Assembly (NCBI GenBank): GCA_003280935.1
Contig: QCDJ01000006.1
Span: 25 to 64,024, forward strand
DNA: 64,000 bases
Reading direction: 5' to 3'
Origin: Prochlorococcus sp. AG-355-B23
Lineage (GTDB): Bacteria; Cyanobacteriota; Cyanobacteriia; PCC-6307; Cyanobiaceae
Of the stretch, positions 1 through 10,121 are shown one piece after another. Each line of letters starts with the position of its first letter. Position 1 is the first letter of the stretch. The notes under the pieces were generated by a model, which saw only the letters and a program-made list of their open reading frames with translations, was not told where the DNA came from and made no database searches. Both the position numbers and the translations under genes were made by a program.

Positions 1-1760
1 TTCATTACCACAAAGCAGCTCCAAAAATGGAGTGGTTTCAAGATATTGAGTCTATGCTTAACCACCACATAGCTGGTTTAGTAGGTTTAGGATCTTTAGC
101 ATGGGCTGGCCATTGTATTCACATTGGAGCTCCTACTGCAGCTCTATTAGATGCAATTGATGCAGGCTCTCCTTTAGTTATTAATGGAAAAGAAATAGCA
201 ACTATTGCAGATATGCCTATGCCGCATCAACTCTGCGATCCACAAATTATCGGTCAGATATTTCCAGGATTAGCAAGTGGTACAGGTAATTTCTTTAGTT
301 TAAATTGGTTAGCTTTCTCAGACTTCCTTACTTTCAAAGGTGGACTTAACCCTGTGACAGGAAGCTTGTGGATGACTGATGTTTCACATCATCATTTAGC
401 TTTTGGTGTAATAGCGATAATAGGTGGTCATATGTACAGAACCAACTACGGTATTGGTCATAGTATGAAAGAAATATTAGATTCACAACAAGGAGACCCA
501 ATATTATTCCCTGCCCCTAAAGGTCATCAAGGTCTTTTTGAGTTCATGGCAGAAAGTAGACATGCTCAGCTATCAGTAAACCTAGCGATGCTTGGATCAA
601 TAAGCATACTTGTATCTCATCACATGTATGCGATGCCTCCATACCCTTATATAGCTACTGACTACATGACAGTTCTTGGATTATTTACCCATCACATGTG
701 GATAGGTGGATTATTCATAGTAGGAGCAGGTGCGCATGCTGGAATTGCAATTGTTAGAGATTATGATCCAGCAAAACATATTGATAATGTATTAGACAGA
801 ATTCTTAAGGCAAGAGATGCTTTAATCAGTCACTTGAACTGGGTTTGTATGTGGTTAGGATTCCATAGTTTTGGACTCTATATTCACAACGATACTATGA
901 GAGCTTTGGGTAGACCCCAAGATATGTTTAGTGATTCTGCTATCCAACTTCAGCCAATCTTTGCTCAATGGGTACAGAGTATTCAAGCATCTGCTGTTGG
1001 GACTTCCCTTTTAGCAGGTACTGCAGAAGCTTTACCTCACAAAGCTTTAAGTGAAGTCTTTAATGGAAGTTTAGTAGAAGTTGGTGGAAAGGTAGCTATA
1101 GCGCCAATTCCACTAGGGACAGCTGATTTAATGATTCATCATATTCATGCTTTCCAAATCCATGTAACTGTTTTGATACTTCTTAAAGGAGTTCTTTATG
1201 CAAGAAGTTCAAGGTTGATTCCTGACAAAGCTTCTTTAGGATTTAGATTCCCTTGTGATGGTCCTGGAAGAGGTGGTACATGTCAAGTTTCTTCATGGGA
1301 TCACGTCTTCTTAGCTCTCTTCTGGATGTATAACTGTTTATCAATAGTTATTTTCCACTTCTCTTGGAAAATGCAGAGTGATGTTTGGGGACTTACTGGT
1401 GGTAATTTTGCACAAAGTTCAATTACTATCAATGGTTGGTTAAGAGATTTCCTCTGGGCTCAAGCTTCTCAAGTATTAACAAGCTATGGTCAATCAATAA
1501 GTATGTACGGTTTGATGTTCTTGGGAGCTCACTTTATATGGGCGTTCAGTTTAATGTTCCTTTTCAGCGGAAGAGGATATTGGCAAGAATTGTTCGAATC
1601 AATTGTTTGGGCACACAATAAACTAAAGGTTGCACCAACCATTCAACCTCGAGCTCTATCTATTACTCAGGGACGTGCAGTAGGTGTTACACACTTCCTT
1701 GTAGGTGGTATAGCTACCACATGGGCCTTCTTCCATGCTCGCCTTTTCGGGCTGGGCTAA
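1..1760 (+). CDS. psaA: Photosystem I P700 apoprotein A1 (5'-truncated by the window edge)
   Basis: Frame is open from position 3 ([13 protein letters not shown]). FX motif [31 protein letters not shown] and WLRDFLW are present. Confidence 0.99.
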   Translation, partial: HYHKAAPKMEWFQDIESMLNHHIAGLVGLGSLAWAGHCIHIGAPTAALLDAIDAGSPLVINGKEIATIADMPMPHQLCDPQIIGQIFPGLASGTGNFFSLNWLAFSDFLTFKGGLNPVTGSLWMTDVSHHHLAFGVIAIIGGHMYRTNYGIGHSMKEILDSQQGDPILFPAPKGHQGLFEFMAESRHAQLSVNLAMLGSISILVSHHMYAMPPYPYIATDYMTVLGLFTHHMWIGGLFIVGAGAHAGIAIVRDYDPAKHIDNVLDRILKARDALISHLNWVCMWLGFHSFGLYIHNDTMRALGRPQDMFSDSAIQLQPIFAQWVQSIQASAVGTSLLAGTAEALPHKALSEVFNGSLVEVGGKVAIAPIPLGTADLMIHHIHAFQIHVTVLILLKGVLYARSSRLIPDKASLGFRFPCDGPGRGGTCQVSSWDHVFLALFWMYNCLSIVIFHFSWKMQSDVWGLTGGNFAQSSITINGWLRDFLWAQASQVLTSYGQSISMYGLMFLGAHFIWAFSLMFLFSGRGYWQELFESIVWAHNKLKVAPTIQPRALSITQGRAVGVTHFLVGGIATTWAFFHARLFGLG

Positions 1761-1787
1761 TAACCTGAACTTCACCTTTTTAATTCA

Positions 1788-4016
1788 ATGGCAACAAAAT
1801 TTCCATCATTTAACCAGGGTCTAGCTCAGGACCCCACAACCCGACGAATATGGTACGGAATAGCTACAGCTCATGACTTTGAAAGTCATGACGGTATGAC
1901 CGAAGAAAAACTTTATCAGAAGCTATTCTCTACACATTTTGGACATCTAGCAATAATTGCTCTCTGGGTAGCCGGTAACTTATTTCATATTGCTTGGCAA
2001 GGTAATTTTGAGCAATTTGTACTAGATCCAACTCATGTCCGCCCTATAGCTCATGCTATTTGGGACCCTCATTTTGGATCTGGCATAACAGAAGCAATGA
2101 CACAAGCTGGAGCAAGCGGTCCAGTAAATATTGCTTATTCAGGTCTCTACCATTGGTGGTACACAATTGGAATGAGAACTAACGAGCAACTCTTCCAAGC
2201 TTCAATATTCATGAGTATTTTGGCTTGTTGGACTCTATTTGCTGGTTGGTTACACTTACAGCCAAAATTCAGACCTTCTTTAGCTTGGTTTAAAAATGCA
2301 GAGTCAAGATTAAATCATCATTTAGCTGTCTTATTTGGTTTTAGTAGTATCGCTTGGACAGGCCATTTGGTTCATGTTGCTATACCTGAATCAAGAGGTC
2401 AGCATGTAGGTTGGGATAACTGGTTAACAGTGCTTCCTCACCCTGCAGGATTAGCTCCTTTCTTTACTTTAAACTGGGGAGCTTATGCCCAAAATCCTGA
2501 TTCTTTAGATCAAGTATTTGGAACAGCTGAAGGAGCTGGAACAGCAATCTTTACTTTCTTAGGTGGTCTTCATCCTCAAAGTGAAGCATTATGGCTCACC
2601 GATATTGCGCATCACCATATTGCGATTGGAACAGTTTTTGTAATTGCTGGTCATATGTATAGAAATACTTTTGGTATTGGTCATAGCCTCAAAGAAATTA
2701 CAGAAGCCCATAATACAAGACATCCTAATGATCCACATAAAGGTAGTTTTGGAATTAACCACGATGGAATATATGAAACTGTAAATAATTCATTACATTT
2801 CCAACTTGGATTAGCATTAGCATCCCTTGGTGTAGCAACTTCTCTTGTAGCTCAACACATGGGTGCACTTCCTTCTTACGCTTTTATTGCCAGGGACTAC
2901 ACTACACAATCTGCTTTATATAGTCATCATCAGTACATAGCAATGTTCTTGATGGTTGGTGCATTTGCACACGGAGCTATTTTCTTTGTAAGAGATTATG
3001 ATCCAGAATTAAATAAAGATAATGTATTGGCAAGAGTTCTTGGAACAAAGGAAGCTTTGATAAGTCATCTTAGTTGGGTAACAATGCTGCTTGGATTCCA
3101 TACTCTAGGAATTTATGTTCATAACGACGTTGTTGTAGCTTTTGGTAATCCTGAAAAGCAAATTCTAATTGAGCCTGTATTTGCTCAATTTGTTCAAGCT
3201 GCTCAAGGTAAAATGATGTACGGCTTTAATGCTTTATTATCTGATCCAACAAGTTCAGCAAGTCTCGCTGCTAATTCATTGCCAGGTAATCACTACTGGA
3301 TGGATTTGATCAACAGACAAGATGCATTAAGTGCTTTCTTACCTATCGGTCCTGCAGATTTCTTAGTTCACCATGCTATCGCTTTAGGTCTTCATACAAC
3401 CGCTTTAATACTTATCAAAGGAGCACTTGATGCTAGGGGAACAAAATTAATTCCTGATAAGAAAGATTTAGGTTATGCATTCCCTTGCGATGGTCCTGGA
3501 CGTGGAGGTACTTGTGATAGTTCATCTTGGGACGCTATGTACTTAGCTATGTTCTGGGCATTAAATTTACTAGCATGGGTAACTTTCTACTGGCATTGGA
3601 AACACCTAGCAATTTGGCAGGGTAACGTAGCACAATTTAACGAATCAGGAACTTATCTAATGGGTTGGTTCAGAGATTATCTCTGGTTAAACTCTGCTCA
3701 ACTTATTAATGGATATAACCCATTTGGAGTAAATTCCCTATCTCCTTGGGCTTGGATGTTCCTATTCGGTCACTTAGTTTGGGCTACTGGTTTCATGTTC
3801 CTAATATCATGGCGTGGTTACTGGCAAGAATTAATTGAAACATTAGTTTGGGCACATCAGCGTACTCCAATTGCTAACCTTGTTGGCTGGAGAGATAAGC
3901 CAGTTGCACTTTCAATTGTTCAAGCTAGATTAGTTGGATTAGCACATTTCACGATTGGAAACATACTTACATTTGGGGCATTTGTTATCGCATCCACTTC
4001 AGGTAAGTTTGGTTAA
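1788..4016 (+). CDS. psaB: Photosystem I P700 apoprotein A2
   Basis: [22 protein letters not shown] start, [13 protein letters not shown] motif, ends STSGKFG. Confidence 0.99.
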
Positions 4017-4034
4017 ATTTCCCTTAAATAATTT

Positions 4035-4063
4035 AAATCACCACGTTTGTGGTGATTTTTTTT
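4035..4063 (+). terminator. Rho-independent terminator of psaAB
   Basis: AAATCACCAC-GTTT-GTGGTGATTT perfect 10-bp stem running into a T tract, 18 nt after the psaB stop. Confidence 0.9.
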
Positions 4064-4119
4064 GTTTAATTTTAATGTTCTAAATTAAGTTAAAATTGTG
4101 TAATTATTATTAGATATAA

Positions 4120-5082
4120 ATGTCAGATATAAAACAATTAATTTCTGTTATCGTCCCTGTTTTCAATGAAAGCGAGAGTATTGGTCTTTTATTGGATGAA
4201 GTTATAAATGTAATGTCATCTCATAAATTTAATTTTGAATTGATTGTTGTAAATGATGGTTCTAAAGATAATACTCATCAAGTATTAAAGCAATTAACTC
4301 TCAAAATTAAAGAATTGTCAGTAATTTCCCTTCGCAAAAATTATGGTCAAACTGCAGCAATGTCAGCTGGATTTGATAATTCTAAGGGCGATATTGTTAT
4401 TACTTTGGATGGTGATTTACAGAATGATCCAAATGATATTCCTTTATTAATTTCAGAGATTAATAATGGTTTTGATTTGGTTTGTGGTTGGAGGTTTGAT
4501 AGAAAAGATAAATTAATTAATAGAAAGATACCATCAAAAATAGCGAATAAGTTAATAGCTCACGTAACAGGTTTGAAGTTGCATGACTATGGTTGCTCAT
4601 TAAAAGCCTTTAAGAAAGAAATAATAGAAGATATAAAGTTATATGGGGAACTTCACAGGTTTTTGCCCGTTTTAGCAAATATTGAAGGTGCAAGAATCAA
4701 AGAAATTAAAGTAAATCATAGGAGCAGGCAATATGGATCTAGTAAATATGGAATTGATAGAACTTTTAGAGTTTTAATGGATTTATTAACTGTTTGGTTT
4801 ATGACTAAATTTTTAACAAGACCAATGTATGGATTTGGTTTTGTTGGAATTATAAGTATTTTCTTTAGCCTTGCGATAAGTTCTTATTTGATAGTTTTAA
4901 AAATAATGGGTGAGGATATTGGAAATCGTCCGTTGCTGATGTTTGCATTAATATTAGGAATTGCTGGTGTTCAATTATTTAGCTTTGGATTGTTGAGTGA
5001 ACTTTTAATTAGGACATATCATGAAAGTCAAAGTCGTCCAATTTACAGAATTAGATCAATAAACAGTGCTAAGCAAAATTGA
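4120..5082 (+). CDS. Glycosyltransferase family 2 (ArnC/DPM1-like polyprenyl-phosphate glycosyltransferase)
   Basis: ISVIVPVFNE, VVNDGSKD, LDGDLQNDP, GELHRFLP and two C-terminal hydrophobic helices. Confidence 0.9.
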   Translation: MSDIKQLISVIVPVFNESESIGLLLDEVINVMSSHKFNFELIVVNDGSKDNTHQVLKQLTLKIKELSVISLRKNYGQTAAMSAGFDNSKGDIVITLDGDLQNDPNDIPLLISEINNGFDLVCGWRFDRKDKLINRKIPSKIANKLIAHVTGLKLHDYGCSLKAFKKEIIEDIKLYGELHRFLPVLANIEGARIKEIKVNHRSRQYGSSKYGIDRTFRVLMDLLTVWFMTKFLTRPMYGFGFVGIISIFFSLAISSYLIVLKIMGEDIGNRPLLMFALILGIAGVQLFSFGLLSELLIRTYHESQSRPIYRIRSINSAKQN

Positions 5083-5086
5083 TTTT

Positions 5087-5479
5087 TTACTTGAACTGTC
5101 TTATTAATAATGCTGAAATTTCAACGACTTCAGGAGAAATATCTCTTAAGCCTTTTCGTAAAATTGGTAATGTTGATTTATCAGCCAATTCTTCCGCAAT
5201 TTTTAATGCATTTAATTTATTTTCTGTATCACCCTGAAAAAGACTAATCATTTTATTTCTTTGAGAATTTTTATAGAATATTGAGTACTTTTTTTCTTCG
5301 TTATTATATAAATAACTATTTTTTTTAGATAGAAATTTATTATTACTTTTTTTATTTTTCTTTAATTTAATAGAATTTAAATTGCTTTGATTTATTATCT
5401 TTTTAAAGCTTCTTTTTTTAAAAACCAGAAGTAATATTCCTATAAAAATAATAAGTAAAATTGCGAAAAAATTTAACAT
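5087..5479 (-). CDS. Hypothetical membrane-anchored protein with a C-terminal HEAT-like repeat
   Basis: N-terminal hydrophobic stretch, K/N-rich linker, and LPILRKGLRDISPEVVEISA resembling a HEAT repeat. Confidence 0.7.
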   Translation of the reverse strand: MLNFFAILLIIFIGILLLVFKKRSFKKIINQSNLNSIKLKKNKKSNNKFLSKKNSYLYNNEEKKYSIFYKNSQRNKMISLFQGDTENKLNALKIAEELADKSTLPILRKGLRDISPEVVEISALLIRQFK

Positions 5480-5571
5480 GTAAAAAGTTAATAATTTTTA
5501 TATCATCCAGTAATAAAATTAACATTATTTCACTTATCAATACTAAAGTGTTTAAAGATGTTTAAAGAACT

Positions 5572-5685
5572 ATGCCATCTGATTTACCAAGTCTTTTACC
5601 CTCAATTTTTGTTCCATTAATTGGTATAGCAATGCCTGCTGTTTTTATCGTATTGATTGGAAGATTAATTACAGCAACTGAATAA
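5572..5685 (+). CDS. psaI: Photosystem I subunit VIII (not in ORF track)
   Basis: Manual translation MPSDLPSLLPSIFVPLIGIAMPAVFIVLIGRLITATE* contains the LPSIFVPLxG PsaI signature and lies directly upstream of psaL. Confidence 0.97.
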   Translation: MPSDLPSLLPSIFVPLIGIAMPAVFIVLIGRLITATE

Positions 5686-5712
5686 ATTATCAAACACTAA
5701 ACTATTAAAAAA

Positions 5713-6312
5713 ATGAGCGACTTTCAAAAATCATTCTCTGAATCAACAAGTTCTATTAAGTTTGATGAGAAATACATAGATACTTCTGTACAACCAAATG
5801 ATATTGGCGTAGCAGAACAATGGGCAGTAAAAACAGTTGCTGATCCTTGTGTCGGTAATTTAGCTACTCCAGTTAATAGTGGTTATTTTACAAAAGCCTT
5901 TATAAATAATTTACCTTTTTACAGAGAAGGTATTTCCCCTAATTTTAGAGGTTTAGAAACTGGAGCAGCTTTTGGATATCTTCTATACGGACCTTTTACC
6001 ATGACTGGCCCATTAAGAAATTCTGAATTTGCTCTAACAGCTGGACTTCTCGCTACTATTGGAGCTGTTCATATTTTGACAGCACTTTTTGTGCTATACA
6101 ATGCACCTGGTAAAGCACCTAATGTTCAACCTCCAGATGCGACTGTTAATAATCCGCCAAAGGACTTATTTACAAGAGCTGGTTGGGCTGATTTTACAAG
6201 TGGATTTTGGTTAGGAGGATGTGGAGGAGCTGTTTTTGCTTGGTTACTTGTTGGGACATTACACTTAGATACCATAATGCCAATCATTAAAAATATTTGG
6301 ACTGCTGGTTAA
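5713..6312 (+). CDS. psaL: Photosystem I subunit XI (N-terminally extended, 199 aa)
   Basis: [50 protein letters not shown]. Confidence 0.97.
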   Translation: MSDFQKSFSESTSSIKFDEKYIDTSVQPNDIGVAEQWAVKTVADPCVGNLATPVNSGYFTKAFINNLPFYREGISPNFRGLETGAAFGYLLYGPFTMTGPLRNSEFALTAGLLATIGAVHILTALFVLYNAPGKAPNVQPPDATVNNPPKDLFTRAGWADFTSGFWLGGCGGAVFAWLLVGTLHLDTIMPIIKNIWTAG

Positions 6313-6369
6313 TTTCTAAATAAAAGAATAAGTAATATTTTAATTGAATTTAAAGTTGAGCTATATTAA

Positions 6370-7128
6370 TTAACGTATAGTACGGTCCCATCTATAATTT
6401 CTAACTACTCTTCCTGCCGAAATAAGTTTAGATTTATAATGCAATGAGATTTTATCATTAGACTTTTTTAGGGTATCTAATCCTATTCCATTTCTGCCAA
6501 AATCCATTCCAGAGCTATGGTAATAGAATCCGTTTCCTTTGTAGATTCCAATATGATCACATTTTTCTTCATTTCCAAAAAATAAAAGATCGCCAGGTCG
6601 TAGAGCCGCATACGATTCTTTGTAATAAAAAAGGTGCTTACAAAAACTTTTTATTTGAAAAGAGTCTCGAGGTATAAAAATTTGATGCTTTAAAAAAGCA
6701 GTCTGAATTAATCCAGAACAATCAAAATTGGGTCCTAATGTACCTCCCCAAAGATATTCATTATTTAACTTAGATTGATCCTTGATCCATTTTAAAATTG
6801 AGTTAACTTTATCTTTTATAAAGAAGTGTTCATTTTCTAAACTGTTATTTTTTTTGAATTCGTATTTCTTAATAATTAATCCATCTAAATTTATCCAACA
6901 GACGTAACCATCTTCATATAGTTGAACTAGTATTCTTGAATATTTATGGTTGTTTTGATAAATATTTGGATAAATAAGCCTAAAAATTCTATTTTTAAAT
7001 ATTTCAGTAACTAATTCATCTTCTGTTTCATTTTGATATCCCGAAATATTAACTTTTAATTGCCACCAAATAGTTTTTGAAAAATTAGTTTGTTTAAATA
7101 GTGAGATAGGATTTTTATAAATTTCCAT
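6370..7128 (-). CDS. NlpC/P60 (C40) cysteine peptidase with a probable N-terminal SH3-like region
   Basis: YLWGGTLGPNFDCSGLIQ, PGDLLFF, HIGIY and YYHSSG supply the Cys/His/His catalytic residues. Confidence 0.9.
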   Translation of the reverse strand: MEIYKNPISLFKQTNFSKTIWWQLKVNISGYQNETEDELVTEIFKNRIFRLIYPNIYQNNHKYSRILVQLYEDGYVCWINLDGLIIKKYEFKKNNSLENEHFFIKDKVNSILKWIKDQSKLNNEYLWGGTLGPNFDCSGLIQTAFLKHQIFIPRDSFQIKSFCKHLFYYKESYAALRPGDLLFFGNEEKCDHIGIYKGNGFYYHSSGMDFGRNGIGLDTLKKSNDKISLHYKSKLISAGRVVRNYRWDRTIR

Positions 7129-7131
7129 TCA

Positions 7132-8040
7132 ATGTCCTTTTACTATTTAAGTCAGGAGATGGGTCTAGCCTTAAATGATATTTTAAGGAGACTATGCTCT
7201 CATGATAAAGATTTTTCAAGAGAAGATATTTCGATAACTTGGATTAATTATAAAAGTGAAAATAAAAGTGTATTTAAAGGTTATGGAACTGGCATTAATA
7301 ACAAAAAAATGGTTTACCCTGCCAGCATAGTCAAGTTAGTTTATGGCCTTGCTGCATTTTATTGGATTAAAAAAGGAAGTTTATTATTATCAGATGAAAT
7401 TATTGATGCTGTAGGGAAAATGTTGTCTTTCTCTAGTAATAATGCAACAAGCTTTTTAATTGATTTACTTACTGGAACAACAAGTGGACCTCGTATTGAA
7501 GGCGGATTATGGGAAAATTGGAAATACCAAAGAAGTATAATAAATGATTGGCTACATGATTTAAATTGGGAAGAATTGGTTGGTATAAATTGCTGTCAGA
7601 AGACTTGGGATGATGGACCATTTGGTCGTGAGAAAGAATTTTATGGATATGATAATAAAAATAGAAACGCTATGAACTCTGACTCAGCTGCAAGGGTTTT
7701 GGAGGAAATTATGATTCATATTGATTATCAAGAAAATAATTTAAATTTGCGAAGTTTTTTAAAAAGAAATTTAAATAAAGTTGTTCTTAAAAACGATTCT
7801 CTTAATCAAATAGATGGTTTTTTGGGTGAAGGATTACCAGAAAGCATTAATCTTTGGAGTAAAGCAGGCTTAATGTCTGAAGTTAGACATGATTCTGCTT
7901 GGTGGATTAATAATCAATCTCTACAAACTTTATTAGTAGTTTTTTGTAATGGAGAAAAATATTCCAAAGATTCTTCCCTTTTACCGTTTATAGCAAAAGA
8001 AGTATACGATTTTAATAAGAGATATACTATTGAGGACTAA
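7132..8040 (+). CDS. Class A beta-lactamase-like serine hydrolase (PBP-A type)
   Basis: PASIVK (SxxK), SSN (SxN) and SKAG (KxG) motifs, plus RHD. Confidence 0.85.
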   Translation: MSFYYLSQEMGLALNDILRRLCSHDKDFSREDISITWINYKSENKSVFKGYGTGINNKKMVYPASIVKLVYGLAAFYWIKKGSLLLSDEIIDAVGKMLSFSSNNATSFLIDLLTGTTSGPRIEGGLWENWKYQRSIINDWLHDLNWEELVGINCCQKTWDDGPFGREKEFYGYDNKNRNAMNSDSAARVLEEIMIHIDYQENNLNLRSFLKRNLNKVVLKNDSLNQIDGFLGEGLPESINLWSKAGLMSEVRHDSAWWINNQSLQTLLVVFCNGEKYSKDSSLLPFIAKEVYDFNKRYTIED

Positions 8041-8249
8041 AGTGAATCTTCTAAGAAATTAGAATCTAATTTGTCAGTATAGGCTTCATAAGGCAACATC
8101 ATTACTTCTTCAAAATCTAAATCATTCATAATCCATTCTCTATATTCAGCTAATAAACTTTTTCTATCTTCATTATCTAATTCATAAATACGCAACGCGG
8201 TATCTTTAAAATTTTCTTTAATTAAATTTTCAATTTCTTTCCTCTTCAT
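8037..8249 (-). CDS. Hypothetical acidic 70-aa protein
   Basis: ATG start 1 nt after the resolvase stop. Its stop overlaps the convergent gene by 4 nt. Confidence 0.7.
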   Translation of the reverse strand: MKRKEIENLIKENFKDTALRIYELDNEDRKSLLAEYREWIMNDLDFEEVMMLPYEAYTDKLDSNFLEDSL

Positions 8250-8250
8250 T

Positions 8251-8874
8251 TTATGTTAGTTCTCCTTCCAAAATTACTCTTCTTATTGTTGATAACGCAA
8301 TTCCTGTTTGTGATCTGATTGATCGATAAGAATATCCTTCATTACGCAATCTGATTACTAAAGATTCTTTTAGAGGACTTATTTTGGGCCTTCCTCCCAA
8401 ATTATTTCCAGATAGTTTTCTGCGTAATAGTTGTTCTTTTTTTCTTTCACCTAAACTTTTGTCTTCTAAATTATCTAATTCATATAAAATCTTAAAAATT
8501 GAAGAATTTTCATTAGAAGATTCATTAGCAGCAAAAAAACCAGTCAAAGTTCGCAATTGAATATCCTTATTAACAAGTTTATTTATTGTTATCAAACATT
8601 CTTTTTTATTTTTAAATGCTCGATCAAGCTGAGTTATTATTAATTGATCGCCTTTTGATAAGGAATTTATAGCTTTATTGAATTGGGGTTTGATTTCTTC
8701 ATCTAAACTTATAAATTCAGAGAACACTAGACTGCAACCCTCTTCCTTCAAAATTTTTATTTGCTCTTCTAAATATTCATATTCGTTATGAGTAGCTCTA
8801 GCATAACCTATTGCTTTAGAGTTTTTACTTTTTTCCGATAATAAAATACGTTTTCTTTTAAATTTAAAAGTCAA
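8251..8874 (-). CDS. Resolvase/invertase-family serine recombinase-like protein with a degenerate active site
   Basis: IGYARAT (canonical YARVS), GDQLIITQLDRA, and GGRPK followed by a C-terminal HTH (GYSYRSIRSQTGIALSTIRR). Confidence 0.88.
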   Translation of the reverse strand: MTFKFKRKRILLSEKSKNSKAIGYARATHNEYEYLEEQIKILKEEGCSLVFSEFISLDEEIKPQFNKAINSLSKGDQLIITQLDRAFKNKKECLITINKLVNKDIQLRTLTGFFAANESSNENSSIFKILYELDNLEDKSLGERKKEQLLRRKLSGNNLGGRPKISPLKESLVIRLRNEGYSYRSIRSQTGIALSTIRRVILEGELT

Positions 8875-8897
8875 TGTTTTATTACATATATTTTTTA

Positions 8898-9030
8898 CTG
8901 TATCAAAAAATAATTAAAAAAACACTTTTTAGTACAAAATAAGGCAGTAATTTTAGGGTTTTTAATCATATTAATAAAAATAGTATGTTCTTATATCTGT
9001 ATTAAAAATAACGTTATTAATTCTGATTCA
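8898..9030. promoter_or_regulatory. Candidate res-like binding sites upstream of the resolvase
   Basis: TGTATCAAAAA (8899-8909)-N16-TTTTTAGTACA (8926-8936) and TGTATTAAAA (8998-9007)-N13-TTCTGATTCA (9021-9030). The left arms CTGTATCAAAAA and CTGTATTAAAAA match at 11/12. Confidence 0.45.
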
Positions 9031-9219
9031 ATTATAGTTAATGAAACAAGAACGTTGTGTTAACGAGTAAATTTAATTAAATTTTTTCTAAATTGCAGAA
9101 GGATTAGTTGAATTCATTAATTTATTTACTTCTGTTGAATAAGCTTCGTCTTTGAAATTATAAATAGTTAATTCATCTTGTTTTTAGTAAAATAAAATTA
9201 CAGGTCAAGAAGATTTAAT

Positions 9220-10113
9220 GTGACTAATAATTCTAATAGTTTAATTTCAAAACCTGAATGGTTAAGGGTCAAAGCTCCACAAGTTGAGCGAATTGGTAAT
9301 ACTGCAAATTTATTAAATGATTTAAATCTCAATACAGTATGTCAAGAAGCAAGCTGTCCAAATATCGGCGAATGTTTTGCTAGTGGAACTGCAACTTTCC
9401 TCATAATGGGTCCTGGTTGTACTAGGGCATGTCCATATTGCGATATTGATTTTGATAGATCTAAGAGAGACTTAGACCCAACTGAACCATATCGTTTAGC
9501 CGAAGCTGTTTTTAGAATGAAGCTTAAGCATGTTGTAATCACATCAGTTAATAGAGATGATCTTGAGGATGGTGGCGCATCTCAATTTTTTCAATGTGTT
9601 CATCAAATAAGAGAAAAATCTCCTGAAACTAGTATTGAGCTTCTAATACCTGATCTTTGTGGCAACTGGAAAGCGCTTGAAAAAGTTCTTGATTCAAATC
9701 CAAATGTTTTAAACCACAATATTGAGACTGTGTCTTCGCTATATAAAAAAGTAAGACCTCAAGGAAAATATGAAAGAACTCTTGAGTTGCTTAAAAGAAC
9801 CAGAGACTATTCTCCCAAAATTTATACAAAGTCAGGCTTCATGCTTGGTTTAGGGGAAAAAGACGAGGAGGTCTTAAGTCTGCTTAAGGATTTAAAAAGT
9901 AATTTCGTTGATATTGTTACTATTGGCCAATATTTATCTCCTGGCCCTAATCATTTACCTGTTAAAAGATTTGTAAGTCCTTCAAAATTTAACTACTTTA
10001 AAGTGTTCGGGGAAAATAATTTAAACTTCATGCAAGTAGTTAGTTCTCCTTTAACTCGTAGTAGCTACCATGCTGAAGAGATTCAAAAACTTATGAAAAA
10101 GTATCCAAGATAG
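9220..10113 (+). CDS. lipA: Lipoyl synthase
   Basis: [34 protein letters not shown]. Confidence 0.97.
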   Translation: MTNNSNSLISKPEWLRVKAPQVERIGNTANLLNDLNLNTVCQEASCPNIGECFASGTATFLIMGPGCTRACPYCDIDFDRSKRDLDPTEPYRLAEAVFRMKLKHVVITSVNRDDLEDGGASQFFQCVHQIREKSPETSIELLIPDLCGNWKALEKVLDSNPNVLNHNIETVSSLYKKVRPQGKYERTLELLKRTRDYSPKIYTKSGFMLGLGEKDEEVLSLLKDLKSNFVDIVTIGQYLSPGPNHLPVKRFVSPSKFNYFKVFGENNLNFMQVVSSPLTRSSYHAEEIQKLMKKYPR

Positions 10114-10121
10114 TTATATTT

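Noticed and set aside
8037-9219. Resolvase locus as an active transposon or invertible segment
   Set aside because: No transposase, terminal inverted repeats, target duplication or second distant recombination site was found by eye.
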